Source of the DNA: Desulfomonilaceae bacterium
GTDB taxonomy: Bacteria; Desulfobacterota; Desulfomonilia; Desulfomonilales; Desulfomonilaceae
Direction of reading: 5' to 3'
NCBI GenBank assembly: GCA_035506215.1
Contig: DATJPW010000191.1
Span: 5,689 to 69,688 of the forward strand
DNA: 64,000 bases
Shown here: positions 18,929 through 27,282 of the stretch, one piece after another
Layout: each line of letters begins with the position of its first letter
How positions within the stretch are numbered: the first letter of the stretch is position 1
Notes under the pieces: generated by a model
The model's database searches: none
Seen by the model: the letters and a program-made list of their open reading frames with translations, nothing else
Told to the model about the DNA's origin: nothing
Translations under genes and position numbers: made by a program

Positions 18929-19351
18929 ATGGCTCGCGGGATCGTTTGTCTGGTCGCATTTAGTCTGGTTTTCTTGGTCAGCGCTGCAATGGCAGCGGAT
19001 TCAGAGAAGGAAACGGCTGCGGTTGCAGCGGCTGAGAAATGGTTGGCCGTAGTTGACCAAGGAAGATACGCTGAAAGTTGGCAGGAAGCGGCAGAGTACT
19101 TCCGCACAGCAGTTGGAAAAGAACAGTGGGAGCAGGCCCTGCTGGCGGTGCGGAAACCTCTTGGCAACCTCATATCGCGGAAAGTGAAATCAACGACGTA
19201 TACGACCTCGCTGCCGGGCGCTCCTGATGGCCAGTATGTCGTGATCCAGTTTGAGACCTCATTCGCAAACAAGAAAGACGCGGTGGAGACCGTAAGCCCC
19301 ATGATGGACAAGGATGGGAAGTGGCGGGTCTCCGGCTATTACATCAAGTAA
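18929..19351 (+). CDS. DUF4019 domain-containing secreted protein
   Basis: Signal peptide MARGIVCLVAFSLVFLVSAAMA; AEKWLAVVDQGRYAESW ... GKWRVSGYYI pattern. Confidence 0.65.
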   Translation: MARGIVCLVAFSLVFLVSAAMAADSEKETAAVAAAEKWLAVVDQGRYAESWQEAAEYFRTAVGKEQWEQALLAVRKPLGNLISRKVKSTTYTTSLPGAPDGQYVVIQFETSFANKKDAVETVSPMMDKDGKWRVSGYYIK

Positions 19352-19447
19352 TCAAAGCAGGAACCGGGTATGCGAACCTGACAGGATGAGGTTAGTGGAG
19401 CAGATTTCATCCTGGAGAGCCTACCCGCGACAAGAATTCAGCAAAGA

Positions 19448-19927
19448 ATGAGCGTACACAGCGCGGGTATTCTTCTATTCAGATTCAAGAACAAGAAGCT
19501 CGAAGTCCTGCTTGTTCACCCTGGTGGACCCTACTGGTCAAGAAAAGACCAGGGCGCCTGGTCTATCCCCAAAGGAATATTCGAAGAGAACGAGAATGCG
19601 CTGGATGCGGCGAAAAGAGAATTCATGGAAGAGACCGGCCATGAAGTTGAAGGTGAATTCATCGAATTGGGCGAATTGGAGCAGCCTAGCAGAAAAATAG
19701 TTCACGTCTGGGCGCTCGAAAAGGACATCGATGAAACAAAAATAAAGAGCAACACTTTCACAATAGAATGGCCGAAGAATTCCGGGAAAATAAGAGAGTT
19801 TCCCGAGGTAGATAAAGGCGGTTGGTTCGGTTGGGATGAAGCGAGAACTAAGATGGTAAAAGGCCAAGTTAGCTTCCTGGACCGGCTCGCGAAGAAAATA
19901 AATTACGTTCCGCCCGGAAAGGAGTGA
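19448..19927 (+). CDS. NUDIX hydrolase
   Basis: Nudix box GIFEENENALDAAKREFMEETG. Confidence 0.85.
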   Translation: MSVHSAGILLFRFKNKKLEVLLVHPGGPYWSRKDQGAWSIPKGIFEENENALDAAKREFMEETGHEVEGEFIELGELEQPSRKIVHVWALEKDIDETKIKSNTFTIEWPKNSGKIREFPEVDKGGWFGWDEARTKMVKGQVSFLDRLAKKINYVPPGKE

Positions 19928-19933
19928 CCAACC

Positions 19934-20248
19934 ATGATAGCGAGACATTGGAGAGGGATCGCCAAATCCGGGCAGGCCGACACTTATGTCCACCATCTTA
20001 GGACCGACACTTTTCCGAAACTTTCAAGAATCACCGGATTTATTAGAGCGTACATCCTGAAAAGGGAAGTCCACCAGGGAACAGAATTCCTAATAGTAAC
20101 AGTTTGGGAATCAATGGAGGCAATTGAACGCTTTGCAGGCGCAACAACAGATGTGGCTGTGGTTCCTGATGTCGTTCAAGCCATGATGGTTGAATACGAT
20201 AAATATGTCAGCCATTATGAGGTCGCGGAAACTTACGCACCTGCCTAA
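19934..20248 (+). CDS. antibiotic-biosynthesis-monooxygenase (ABM)-like dimeric alpha/beta-barrel protein
   Basis: 104 aa; ...FLIVTVWESMEAIERFAG pattern typical of ABM domains. Confidence 0.55.
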   Translation: MIARHWRGIAKSGQADTYVHHLRTDTFPKLSRITGFIRAYILKREVHQGTEFLIVTVWESMEAIERFAGATTDVAVVPDVVQAMMVEYDKYVSHYEVAETYAPA

Positions 20249-20285
20249 CCCGAAATCGATTTCCATTCCAACGAGGAGTGGAGGA

Positions 20286-20764
20286 ATGAACAGAAGAGAA
20301 TTCTCAGAAAGTGGAGGGCCTGCCAGCGGCGATCCTGTCACAGGTCCGGACAATTTAGCAAAGGCTGAGGAGAAAAAAGCCGATCATTTGATCAAACTGG
20401 TGTTCTGCGCTAGACGTCATCCCAGTATGTCGCGTAGCGAATTCCAACAGTACTGGTTAAACCATCACGGACCTTTGTTCCAGAAATTCGCTAGACCTAC
20501 CGGGCAGTTCGTTACGTGCAAAGCCACACCATCGATTCGCCATTGAACGAGAACCTCAAGAAATCAAGAGGATTGTCCGAGGAGCACGACGGAGTAGGCG
20601 AAATCTGGTGGCGGTCCGAACAGGACTTTCTTGCGGCAATTGCTTCTCCGGAAGGTCAGAAACTGCGCGCGATATTCATTGAAGACGAAAGCAAATTCAT
20701 CGACTTGAGTGCTTCGTCAGCATTTTTCACTGTCGAGCACGTTCTCGTTGACCGCGGCACTTGA
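20286..20764 (+). pseudogene. EthD-family protein gene interrupted by a frameshift
   Basis: The N-terminal half (KLVFCARRHPSMSRSEFQQYWLNHHGPLFQKFA) is in the frame ending at 20546. The C-terminal half (RYVQSHT...DGVGEIWWRSEQDFLAAIASPEG...) is in the -1 frame, open from 20495 to 20764. Confidence 0.6.
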
Positions 20765-20876
20765 CACGGACCGTTTCTTTTCATTCGGAACGGTATGGCG
20801 GAAAAGCCGACGTGAAAGCCTCTTTTTCTGCGGAAACAGCTCTGACTTCAGATCTCCAATAGCAGGCTTTCTGAAC

Positions 20877-21695
20877 ATGATTCAAATCGAGCACGCTGGT
20901 GAGGTTACAAAGTTCAGGTTGGCCCGCACTCTTTTCGGCCGAGGCTTGTATTTTACCGCGGCATATCTGGTGGACGGCCTCATGGTGGACACCGGATGCG
21001 CGTATACGGTCCGTGAACTGACAGACGCGTTGAAGGACTCGAAAATACACACCATTGTCAACACGCATAGCCATGAAGATCACGTGGGAGCCAACGCAGC
21101 GCTGCACGCGCAATTCGGTACACGAGTCCTTGCTCACCAACATGCTTTGCCTATCATGGAAGAGCCAGGGAAAGTGCGCCTCCGGCCATATCAGCGTGTC
21201 ATGTGGGGTTACCCGGAACCCTGCCGAGCCGAATCCGTCGGCGACTCGGTGGAGACGGAACACCACCTTTTCCGAATCATATATACGCCAGGCCACAGTC
21301 CGGACCACATATCCCTCTTCGAGCCTGATCGCGGATGGCTGTTCACGGGCGACGCATACGTAGGTGGCCGAGACCGGGCCCTACGGCTTGATTACAATGT
21401 CTGGCAGATCATCGATTCTTTGAAGAAACTGGCCTCACTTGACCCGCAGGTCATCTATGCCGGAAGTGGTTCCATTAGACGCGACGCTCGAAAGGAATTG
21501 GAGGCTAAAATTCAGTACTTGGAAAAGACCGGAGAACTGGTCGTGGCGTTGCACCGAAAAGGTTGGAGCAGACGCCGCATCCGTCTGGAAGTTCTGGGCC
21601 GCGAAATGCCGATAGCGCTCTATACCCTTGGCCATTTCAGCGGGAAGAACCTTATACGCTCGTATATAGAGGACTACGAAGTCGTCTGTTTCTGA
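20877..21695 (+). CDS. MBL-fold metallo-hydrolase
   Basis: THSHEDHVGAN (HxHxDH) motif; start at ATG 20877. Confidence 0.75.
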   Translation: MIQIEHAGEVTKFRLARTLFGRGLYFTAAYLVDGLMVDTGCAYTVRELTDALKDSKIHTIVNTHSHEDHVGANAALHAQFGTRVLAHQHALPIMEEPGKVRLRPYQRVMWGYPEPCRAESVGDSVETEHHLFRIIYTPGHSPDHISLFEPDRGWLFTGDAYVGGRDRALRLDYNVWQIIDSLKKLASLDPQVIYAGSGSIRRDARKELEAKIQYLEKTGELVVALHRKGWSRRRIRLEVLGREMPIALYTLGHFSGKNLIRSYIEDYEVVCF

Positions 21696-22087
21696 GGGGG
21701 ACTCACAATAACCCTGTACAAAGCCATTCCCACCATCAGGTCCCCAACGAGAATCGCAATATCCGGAAACATCGACTCGATCAGCCAGGCCAATGGTTGC
21801 TCCCTGGGACTAACTTTGATCCACCCCTCGAGGGTGGACACAATGGTCAGGTCAGTCATCATTATGATGCCCAGATACGCCAAGAAGCTATTGAGCAATA
21901 AGGCCCACAAGGCCGTCTTTCTGAAAAGAAACAGAATGCTGACCAGGACCAGGTCGGCGGAGGCAAATAGAGTAGCCCAGAAATTGGTCAAATTGGCCAG
22001 GGGAGGATGTATCCTATCGTGAAGAATGAATGCTCCAATGGCAAAGCCGACGAGCGCGATCCACAATTGCACGCGCTGTGTGTTCAT
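21674..22087 (-). CDS. hypothetical integral membrane protein
   Basis: 137 aa with about 4 hydrophobic helices; GAGGTGG upstream of the ATG. Confidence 0.45.
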   Translation of the reverse strand: MNTQRVQLWIALVGFAIGAFILHDRIHPPLANLTNFWATLFASADLVLVSILFLFRKTALWALLLNSFLAYLGIIMMTDLTIVSTLEGWIKVSPREQPLAWLIESMFPDIAILVGDLMVGMALYRVIVSPPQKQTTS

Positions 22088-22096
22088 GATGCCACC

Positions 22097-22204
22097 TCAC
22101 TGGAAATGGACTGAATAACCAAGTAAAAACAAGGCGCTGATAACAATTACATGAAGGATTATCCAACCGGGCTTCAGGAACAAGATCTGTTGGATCATTT
22201 CCAT
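22097..22204 (-). CDS. small hydrophobic peptide (35 aa), hypothetical
   Basis: MEMIQQILFLKPGWIILHVIVISALFLLGYSVHFQ. Its ATG overlaps the stop of the upstream small ORF by 1 nt. Confidence 0.3.
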   Translation of the reverse strand: MEMIQQILFLKPGWIILHVIVISALFLLGYSVHFQ

Positions 22205-22320
22205 CACCTCGCCAAAAGCGTTGATAATAAGCGGCCTGCGGTATACACGACGGTGAATCCTATGAAATGGACCACCCACCACCTGAAACTAAGAAAGCCC
22301 CATTTTTTCGGCATCTTCAT
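22204..22320 (-). CDS. small hydrophobic peptide (38 aa), hypothetical
   Basis: MKMPKKWGFLSFRWWVVHFIGFTVVYTAGRLLSTLLAR; GAGGAG upstream. Confidence 0.3.
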   Translation of the reverse strand: MKMPKKWGFLSFRWWVVHFIGFTVVYTAGRLLSTLLAR

Positions 22321-22748
22321 AGTCCCATCTCCTCTTTTCCCCCCAAAATATGCACCGGTTTCAAGCTTGATTGTAATGGTTGAGTGCCCCCCGAGCAGTC
22401 GGCAAGAACTGACGTTATGCTTCAATCAGGATAGCACAATCTCTTTTTCTAAGACAATCCTTACCGAGATGCATAAGAAACCATCCAGTTACTAGTGGCG
22501 AAAGATTGTCATTGAGAGCGAATCGATAGGAGCGCATGGCATGCGTCCTTGTCTCGCGAAACACCTGATTGGTTCGGTAGAGGCCGGCGTCCCTGCCGGC
22601 TCATCATTTCCGCACCGGCACGGAGGCCGGTGCCTACCGATCAGGATACCCCGCATTCCGCGGCGTCTGACGGAAATGGAGATCTCTTCGTCGCTGTCAC
22701 TCGTCGGAATGACGAAAAACCAAAGATTTTCTCCCGGGACTTTACTCC

Positions 22749-23696
22749 CTACCCTTCGTCCCGTCCCGCCCGGATTCTTGCCGGTGATAATTCGTCTTTT
22801 TCACTCTGAACCTGCAGCAGTACAATGGCCGCTATAACGAAAACTCCGCCGATGATTTGGAGAGGATCGAGTGTCTCCCCAAGCAAAATGAACGCAATAA
22901 AACCAGCAGAGATGGGTTCGACGGTCGATGTTATGGTTGCGCGGGTTGAGCGAATATAATTCACCCCGACGAAGAACAGGCCAAAAGGTATAATGGTGCC
23001 GAATATGGCTATGTAGAGCATGTATATCCACTGTTCGGCCGTGTATGCGAAGTAGACAAAGTGAAGCGGAGGTTGGAGAATGTTCCAGGTCAACGCAGCG
23101 AAAACTAAAGCATAAAGCACGACGGTCCAGGGCTGGTAACGGTGCATAACTCGTTCACCCAGGAGACTATACAATGCAAAGAGAACCGCGGAGGCCAAAC
23201 CCGCCAACGCGCCGTCCCGATTCACATTCAGCAACTCCAGATTGTACCCGCCTACTACGAGATAGCATCCGAAAAGTGACAGCAACAGCGCGATGACTTT
23301 GATTGCGGTCAATCGCTCATGCCAAAAGCCTATGGAATACGCGGTCACGAACACCGGCGAGGTGTATTGAATCAGGATCGCAGCCGCCACTTGCATTTTG
23401 CTTATGGTGTACAGGTATGCAGCCTGAACTAGAGCCAATCCCACGCCGCCCAGAACCAGGAAATAGGCTATGTCTTGCGTGCGGATCCTCAAGCGTTGTT
23501 TTGTGAATAGCCTCAGGAACAGCCCCAAGGAAAAAGCCGCAATTGTCAGACGGATCTGAACCAACTGGAAAGGCGTTACGCCTCCAAGAAAAAGCGCTTT
23601 GCTAACAGTGCCCGATGATGCCCATAAAACTGCGGCCGCTATCACGCTCAGGTAGCCTATTACAGGGTTCGTCAATATGCGTCGCGTTTCTGGCAT
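22749..23696 (-). CDS. EamA/DMT-family transporter
   Basis: About 10 TM helices; start placed at ATG 23696 (MPETRRIL...). Confidence 0.7.
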   Translation of the reverse strand: MPETRRILTNPVIGYLSVIAAAVLWASSGTVSKALFLGGVTPFQLVQIRLTIAAFSLGLFLRLFTKQRLRIRTQDIAYFLVLGGVGLALVQAAYLYTISKMQVAAAILIQYTSPVFVTAYSIGFWHERLTAIKVIALLLSLFGCYLVVGGYNLELLNVNRDGALAGLASAVLFALYSLLGERVMHRYQPWTVVLYALVFAALTWNILQPPLHFVYFAYTAEQWIYMLYIAIFGTIIPFGLFFVGVNYIRSTRATITSTVEPISAGFIAFILLGETLDPLQIIGGVFVIAAIVLLQVQSEKDELSPARIRAGRDEG

Positions 23697-23830
23697 CTCG
23701 CTTCTCACGGCGCCTCCGTTTTTTTCATGTAACCGAAAAGTCGTTGCGCTCACTAAAGTATCAGGGGACACGATGATCGATCAACGATTTGTCTCACACA
23801 AACTTTTTACACGTTTTCCGGAGGGAATAC

Positions 23831-24331
23831 ATGAACACAATGAAAATCGGGATGGCCATGGTCCTGGCACTGGCGGTCATGAGCCTAGCCGCGACCTGTT
23901 CGGCGGTTGAACCGGCTGGAAAAAGCGATGGTGAGGCATTTTGCGGATCACCGTTGGCAAAGCTTGTAATGGGGAACATCGGCCGATTCCTCGTCCTCAG
24001 ATCTGAGCTAGGGCTAACAAATGACCAGAGAAAAAAGATCGCTGGAATCGTGAAGAGCCACCGTGACGAAATCCGACCGGTTGCCAAAGCTCTTCTTGAA
24101 AAGAGACGGGCGGTTAGGGAAGCGGTGATCAACAAGCCGGGCGATGAAGCTGCTATTCGCACGGCAGCGACAGACCTAGGCCAAGCCATTGGAGATGCGT
24201 CAGTTCTGGCATCTAAAGTGGGAGCTCAGGTGAAACCGGTGCTTACACCGCAACAAGTGGAACGGATCGAAAACTTCAGGGCAGCCACTCAAAAGGCCAC
24301 ATCAGACTGGCTGGACCAAATGGGCAAGTAG
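23831..24331 (+). CDS. Spy/CpxP-family periplasmic protein (LTXXQ motifs)
   Basis: Signal peptide MNTMKIGMAMVLALAVMSLAATCSA; LTNDQRKKI and LTPQQVERI motifs. Confidence 0.7.
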   Translation: MNTMKIGMAMVLALAVMSLAATCSAVEPAGKSDGEAFCGSPLAKLVMGNIGRFLVLRSELGLTNDQRKKIAGIVKSHRDEIRPVAKALLEKRRAVREAVINKPGDEAAIRTAATDLGQAIGDASVLASKVGAQVKPVLTPQQVERIENFRAATQKATSDWLDQMGK

Positions 24332-24344
24332 GATAGGAAACGGT

Positions 24345-24408
24345 AAGAACGTTTGGAGAGGCCCTTTTTGTAAAAAGGGCCTCCCCAAACCCCTCCCCAA
24401 AAACTTCC
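24345..24408 (+). repeat. REP/MITE-like palindromic element, copy 6 (forward)
   Basis: AAGAACGTTTGGAGAGGCCCTTTTTGTAAAAAGGGCCTCCCCAAACCCCTCCCCAAAAACTTCC. Starts 13 nt after the stop of the Spy-like gene. Confidence 0.8.
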
Positions 24409-24416
24409 AAACGGTT

Positions 24417-25061
24417 TTGGAAAGACAAGTACTCTGGTATATGGTGTTCATGTTTCTAACAAGCGGTTTAATTGCGTCTCCAACGGAAAACACGCTCCTG
24501 AGTTGCCAGGAGATCGATCTTCGAGACATCAACAGTTGCCTCGACGGCGATGGCAATGCTTACGCCAGGTTGGTTGAAAGAAACCAGAGCATGGTGGCCG
24601 CGCGTATGTGGCGTTTTACAAGGGACAAAACGGCTCACCAGGAACTGGTGCAGGAAGTCTTTGTGGAAGCCTATCTCAGCCTGAGCAAATATGGAGCCAA
24701 GGCCCCTTTTCAGCACTGGCTGTCCCGAATCGCAACTATTGTGGGATACCGTTTTTGGAAATACCGCTCACGCGAGCGGTCGAGGTCTTCAATTCCCATC
24801 GAAGAAGAGCTCGATCAACTGGTGGCCGCCGAGCCCGAAAGCATGGATCCCTCTGTTGCGGCGGATGTACTGCATTCATTACTGGAGCAATTGCCGCCAC
24901 GTGATAGATTGGTGCTGGTTCTCCGGTACGTGGAAGATCGTAGTGTTGAGGAGACCGCCGAGCTGACCGGTTGGACCGGCGCAATGGTTAAGGTTCAATC
25001 GTGGCGCGCAAGGAAAAAACTGCGGAAACTTCTGCAAGATGCAGGAGTGGAGGTCGAGTAA
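24417..25061 (+). CDS. ECF-type RNA polymerase sigma factor (start uncertain)
   Basis: Region 2 (ELVQEVFVEAYLSL) and region 4 HTH (RDRLVLVLRYVEDRSVEETAELTGWTGAMVKVQSWRARKKL). Confidence 0.8.
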   Translation: MERQVLWYMVFMFLTSGLIASPTENTLLSCQEIDLRDINSCLDGDGNAYARLVERNQSMVAARMWRFTRDKTAHQELVQEVFVEAYLSLSKYGAKAPFQHWLSRIATIVGYRFWKYRSRERSRSSIPIEEELDQLVAAEPESMDPSVAADVLHSLLEQLPPRDRLVLVLRYVEDRSVEETAELTGWTGAMVKVQSWRARKKLRKLLQDAGVEVE

Positions 25062-25315
25062 TGAACGAACTGGAGATCCTAAAGAAATTGGCCGCTGCGG
25101 CCGCCAGAGAAGAAGTGCCGCAAGTGCGAGTCGGCTCGCGTCCCATTGAGATCCCAACCGCGGCTGAAGATGATTTCAGCCGACCCCTTGTATGGATCGC
25201 CGGTTTTGCATCCGCAATGGCTCTGCCTGCGATAATATTTGCCGTGTATACGCTCGACTCGTGGACGGACCCGCTGCTCGGCGTCATCGATGGTTTGAAT
25301 TGGATACTGTCATGA
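25061..25315 (+). CDS. small single-pass membrane protein, candidate anti-sigma factor
   Basis: The ATG overlaps the sigma-factor TAA by 1 nt. 84 aa with one TM helix (LVWIAGFASAMALPAIIFAVY). No zf-HC2 motif. Confidence 0.4.
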   Translation: MNELEILKKLAAAAAREEVPQVRVGSRPIEIPTAAEDDFSRPLVWIAGFASAMALPAIIFAVYTLDSWTDPLLGVIDGLNWILS

Positions 25316-25767
25316 CAGATCAAAACTCCGAAATTTCGTCCTCCACTGTCGGTCTTTCGATTCCACGCAAGGCTGGACGCGGGCGTTCAGTCCTCCTCGG
25401 ACTGATAATCTTGCTTTGCGGGATCTTAATCGGAGCGGGCGTTACAATCGTTGTCCTTCACAAAGTGGTCCTTCACGCGATCCATCATCCGGAAGAGATG
25501 CCCAGGCGTGTTACTGAGCGGCTCCGACATAAGCTTGGTCTTTCGGACGAGCAGGCGGTGAAGGTAAGAGCCATTCTGACTGAGAGACAAAAGGCCTTTC
25601 AGGAGTTGCGCCGCGCGGCCCGACCCAAAGTGGAACGAGAGATCGAGCGCCTTAAGGAGGAAATCGCATCGGTCCTGGACGAAAAGCAGGCTCGCAAGTG
25701 GCGTGAACAGCTTGAGAAATTGCGGCGGAAATGGGTGCCGCCGCCTACACCTGACCGGCAGCCGTAA
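25312..25767 (+). CDS. membrane-anchored Spy/CpxP-like (LTXXQ-type) protein
   Basis: ATGA overlap with the previous ORF; TM helix LLGLIILLCGILIGAGVTIVVL; LSDEQAVKVRAILTERQ motif. Confidence 0.5.
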   Translation: MTDQNSEISSSTVGLSIPRKAGRGRSVLLGLIILLCGILIGAGVTIVVLHKVVLHAIHHPEEMPRRVTERLRHKLGLSDEQAVKVRAILTERQKAFQELRRAARPKVEREIERLKEEIASVLDEKQARKWREQLEKLRRKWVPPPTPDRQP

Positions 25768-25846
25768 CCACTGACGGACCGAAAAAGCAGGGGAAAGCAG
25801 TCATACCGAAGTTTTGATCGTCTGAGATCCTATGGCAAAGTTGGTA

Positions 25847-26545
25847 CTAAACAAGCAGGTATTTTCTTCTAATCTCTTCGTTCTGTCTCAGTTCTTCAAT
25901 TGTCCCATGATACTTTATAACACCGTTATCTATGATGTATCCACGATCACTGAGTCGCAAAGCGGCTTTTTGATTCTGCTCAGCCAGTAAAACGGTCAGG
26001 CCCGTTTCTTTTAACGCCATAATATGTTCTTCCAGCATGCTCACAATCAGCGGCGCCAGACCTTCAGTAGGTTCGTCCAGCAACATGAACTCGGGATTCG
26101 TCATCAATGCCCGGGCTATGGTCAGCATTTGCTGTTCTCCACCGCTGAGAAAACCGGCTTTTCGTGAATCAATATGTTTCAACGCGGGGAAAAAATCGTA
26201 AACTCTCTCCATAGTCCATGCTCCGGACACATTGGCCCGTCTTTCGGATATTTCAAGATTCTCTCCCACCGTAAGGTCTGCAAAAACTCTGCGATCATCC
26301 GGCACGTACCCGATCCCCATTCGTGCAAGGAGGTATGGCTTCCCGCCCGTGATGTCTTCATCCTTGTAAAGGATTCTTCCCTTTCGAGGTGGAGTCAATC
26401 CCATGATGCTTCGCATGATGGTGCTTTTCCCGGCTCCGTTTCTTCCTAGAACGCATACGATTTCACCCTTCGAGACATCGAGGGAAACCCCGAATAAAAT
26501 GTGGCTCAGTCCGTAAAAGGTATCTATTCCTTCCACTTTGAGCAT
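25847..26545 (-). CDS. livF: branched-chain amino acid ABC transporter ATP-binding protein LivF
   Basis: Walker A GRNGAGKST, signature LSGGEQQ, Walker B MLLDEP. Confidence 0.85.
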   Translation of the reverse strand: MLKVEGIDTFYGLSHILFGVSLDVSKGEIVCVLGRNGAGKSTIMRSIMGLTPPRKGRILYKDEDITGGKPYLLARMGIGYVPDDRRVFADLTVGENLEISERRANVSGAWTMERVYDFFPALKHIDSRKAGFLSGGEQQMLTIARALMTNPEFMLLDEPTEGLAPLIVSMLEEHIMALKETGLTVLLAEQNQKAALRLSDRGYIIDNGVIKYHGTIEELRQNEEIRRKYLLV

Positions 26546-27282
26546 CAGTCCGAACCTCCCAGGTATGCCTCTTGAACCCGCTTATTTTGCTTTACTTCGT
26601 CGGGATCTCCCTGGATGATGGACGTGCCCTGCTGCATCACCATGATTTTGGTCGCAATGGAGAACACCAGCTCCATATCGTGCTCACAAAACAGAATCGT
26701 CAACCCCATTTCCTTGGTCAGGCGATTGATCAGACCTATAGTGGCGAAGGTCTCTTCTGGTGACATGCCGGCCGTGGGTTCGTCCAGAATCAAGAGTTCA
26801 GGGTCATTCCCCAGGGCGATCGCGATCTCTAGGACTTTTTGCTCCCCGTGTGACAGCGAGCCACTGACTCTGTCGGCGGACCGGGAAAGCCCAACAGCAT
26901 CCAGAATATCTCTGGTTTCCTTCACGGCGAGGCTTCGAGCCGGTGTAAGGAGACTGTATGTTCGTCCCAGATGTGAGAGCACGGCTGCTTGCACGTTTTC
27001 GAAAACAGTAAGCCGGCTGAATATGTTGACAACTTGATAGGATAGGCTTATGCCCCTTCGACAGATCGTGTGCGGACGCAGTCCGGCTATGTCCTCGCCC
27101 TTAAAGATAATTCTTCCTTTGTCCGGCTTCAGATGGCCGGTGATTAATTTGAATAACGTACTCTTGCCCGCGCCGTTGGGCCCTATAACAGCCACTACCT
27201 GGCCCGCTTCGACCTCTAAGTTGCCGTTATTAACCGCGAGGAAATGATCAAAGGACTTCTGAACGTTTTGCACGCTCAACAT
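26545..27282 (-). CDS. livG: branched-chain amino acid ABC transporter ATP-binding protein LivG
   Basis: Walker A GPNGAGKST, signature LSHGEQK, Walker B LILDEP. Confidence 0.85.
   Translation of the reverse strand: MLSVQNVQKSFDHFLAVNNGNLEVEAGQVVAVIGPNGAGKSTLFKLITGHLKPDKGRIIFKGEDIAGLRPHTICRRGISLSYQVVNIFSRLTVFENVQAAVLSHLGRTYSLLTPARSLAVKETRDILDAVGLSRSADRVSGSLSHGEQKVLEIAIALGNDPELLILDEPTAGMSPEETFATIGLINRLTKEMGLTILFCEHDMELVFSIATKIMVMQQGTSIIQGDPDEVKQNKRVQEAYLGGSD

Noticed and set aside
19925-19936. The NUDIX (19448..19927) and ABM (19934..20248) ORFs are in the same frame, separated by a TGA. This was considered as another Sec read-through.
   Set aside because: The TGA is embedded in AAGGAGTGA, which serves as the RBS for the next ATG. 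The two products are complete, unrelated domains, and there is no hairpin after the TGA.
22085-22099. In-frame TGA between the 35-aa peptide ORF and the 137-aa membrane protein ORF.
   Set aside because: The 9-nt spacer is an RBS (GAGGTGG) followed by an ATG. There is no homology argument for a fusion and no SECIS-like hairpin.
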